Shown in pieces: positions 59,291 to 64,000 of a stretch of DNA of 64,000 nt. The first letter of the stretch is position 1; the number at the start of each line of letters is the position of its first letter. Position numbers and translations under genes: made by a program. The notes beneath the pieces are model-generated. The model was not told where the DNA came from. It ran no database searches and saw nothing but the letters and a program-made list of their open reading frames with translations. The DNA comes from Catajapyx aquilonaris (Eukaryota): NCBI GenBank assembly GCA_000934665.2, contig KZ538375.1, positions 1-64,000 on the forward strand, in the 5' to 3' direction.

Positions 59291-61283
59291 ACAAGATTTG
59301 GGTTTTTTTTTCACCTGGTGGATTTTGAGGGCGATAAGTTATTTCTCGAATTAATTTTCTTCTCCGACGATGAGGTACACTTTAATTAACAAAGCGACGA
59401 TGCTTAGCTGCGTTAGGGAAAGCTGTGCACTGTTATAGAAGTGAAATGACAATTCTAGTTTTGCTTCGATTAGTTTGTGTTGATTGTCCTGGATTGGCTG
59501 TGAAGTGACAATTTTGGCATCGCTTTCCAGCACCCTTTTGGACATGTTATACCGTCACCAGCTATTTCTCAGCGACAACCGTGACCAGGATTTCATTTCC
59601 GTAGCTTTCGAGATTATTTGGCTCAACTGATAGCACGACATTTATTGTGTCAGTATCTCCTCCATTATATTTATGTTTTTATGAGTATCATTTTTGGGTC
59701 CGTTTGATCCGAAAATCTTATAGACAGAGTGATGTTGAGGATTCTTCTTGATTCGGCGGAACATTGAGCCTTTGTTCCGAAGTTACATTGGCAGTGGTTT
59801 GGAAAAAGTTTTACGATAACTTGTGGGGCACATTGACAGCGATGTATTGTCGGATTAGGTTTAATGTTACAAGAACGAGCTTATAGGGATATCGCAGTAC
59901 TCAGTAATGAATGTTACCAAAGTTGGTGGATGTCTTCAGTGCGTGGAAACATCATCTGGTGTCAGATATATGAAATGACCCTGAGTAACAGTTTAATTAT
60001 GTGAAATTGGAGTGGATAAATGCTCGAAACAGACCAGCATAAGCGCTCAGTCACGGCTCCATTGTGACATTTCCGCACTTACGTAGATAGAATAAATGGC
60101 ATCCAGTAGCCCACGACCACCGTATATTTTTGAAGCTCCAAATTCGCAATAAAATTCATATAGGGTCCGACTTCTCTTTTTCCAAAGCACAAAGGCAAAA
60201 ATTTGAACCTAAGCAGTTAATTTTATTTTAAATAAGAATTAACTTCTCTAATCTTGCTGAGTTCAGCTGCTTGGTGTTTTATAAAATAGTGGCCACAGCA
60301 GGTACTGTACAACAGTAACAAACTTACAACAACAATAGCCTGTCAATAAAACTTCTACACCCATTGTAAACAATATGCACCGATGAATAAAATGCAAATA
60401 AGGGGGTTATTACGTAACTTATACTTGCATTGTACGTAAAGCTTCTTAAGAAATAGCATTCGTATATTGTACTTATATTTGTGCAAAATCTGCAGCAGGA
60501 TACGTGCATCAGGGTAGTGATTTAAACATCTTTTTCTCCAATTTCCGATAATGCAGGTCTTGATTATCAGTTGGGAACCGCGATCCCATAAATTATACCT
60601 GCATTGCCTCGGTTTCCACATACGCATTCTGCTACTGTGATTGTCCAGAAACCATTCATCAGAGGTAGACTACGCTGCATTGAAGTTCTGCGTGTATACC
60701 TCTAGTGTACACGAGCAATGTCCACATAGACCTAGTTAGAACATCCAAATAGAATCAATAGCAGCCGCCTTCTTTATGCAGTAGAAACCAACATGTCGAG
60801 CTAAATATAATTTTGCACCGAAAGCCTTGATAAGAAATGTTATATCATATTAGTCTGGGTCAAATGTGTTACATTTTGCACGGCTGTACAAACACCTGTC
60901 GTTTATTATTACATTGTTACCCAAAGCAAGCCCTCAAATATGCAGCAGTTACACAATCGCTTTTTAAGATGTAATATAGAAAGCATCCCGCAATTGAATT
61001 ACACGGCTGGTAGCATAAGCCCCCAATAAGAGAAGCCATGAGTCATCACGCACCATGAACAGTTAAATTGACGGAATTGAAAGCCCACCGCCAGGTTCCA
61101 TCCCAGAATTGAGAAGAGTCACCGATCCATTTTGAACCGAGGCATTCAAGTGCAGTGACCCTTGACCAGGAGTTTGGGCCCTTTCGTGCTAATTGCCCGA
61201 GTCCCTTTCTCCGGGCCGTCATCCTTCACGCTGCCAACATTTCTTCTTTCAGTGGGCCCTTGCTGGTTGTGTTGGTGCTGCAG

Positions 61284-64000
<2,717 letters not shown>

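Noticed and set aside
61155..61283. N-terminal extension of the SNAG ORF given in the ORF track
   Set aside because: Starts at GTG and spans splice-acceptor sequence; SNAG works at the extreme N-terminus, so ATG 61284 is preferred.

Overview
Eukaryotic (intron-containing, arthropod-like) genomic window with three genes reconstructed by hand from GT-AG junctions whose phases all match. (1) A complete 6-exon minus-strand Gfi-1/Senseless-family gene (CDS 29169->5133, 734 aa, six C2H2 fingers, sens-2-like, no SNAG domain). (2) A 4-exon plus-strand c-type lysozyme-like gene (46390-49191, 180 aa; Glu35 kept, Asp52 replaced by Asn). (3) The 5' part of a second, divergently transcribed Gfi-1/Senseless paralog (from 61284, running off the window), with an N-terminal SNAG motif MPRSFLVKS and a PLNLS motif. 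Non-coding DNA holds two intact tRNA-derived SINEs with target-site duplications (TSDs), several MITEs, a foldback/MULE-like element nested in a Tc1/mariner-type MITE, tiny retro-insertions and a probable assembly-artefact duplication. The most interesting signals are the different corepressor motifs of the two paralogs, a possible gene-conversion tract between their zinc fingers, a dense E-box/Su(H) cluster upstream of the SNAG paralog, and Gfi-type binding sites inside the other paralog. I found no prokaryote-type system (CRISPR, operon). Most ORF-track entries are spurious, and orthology names are from recall and need phylogenetic confirmation.
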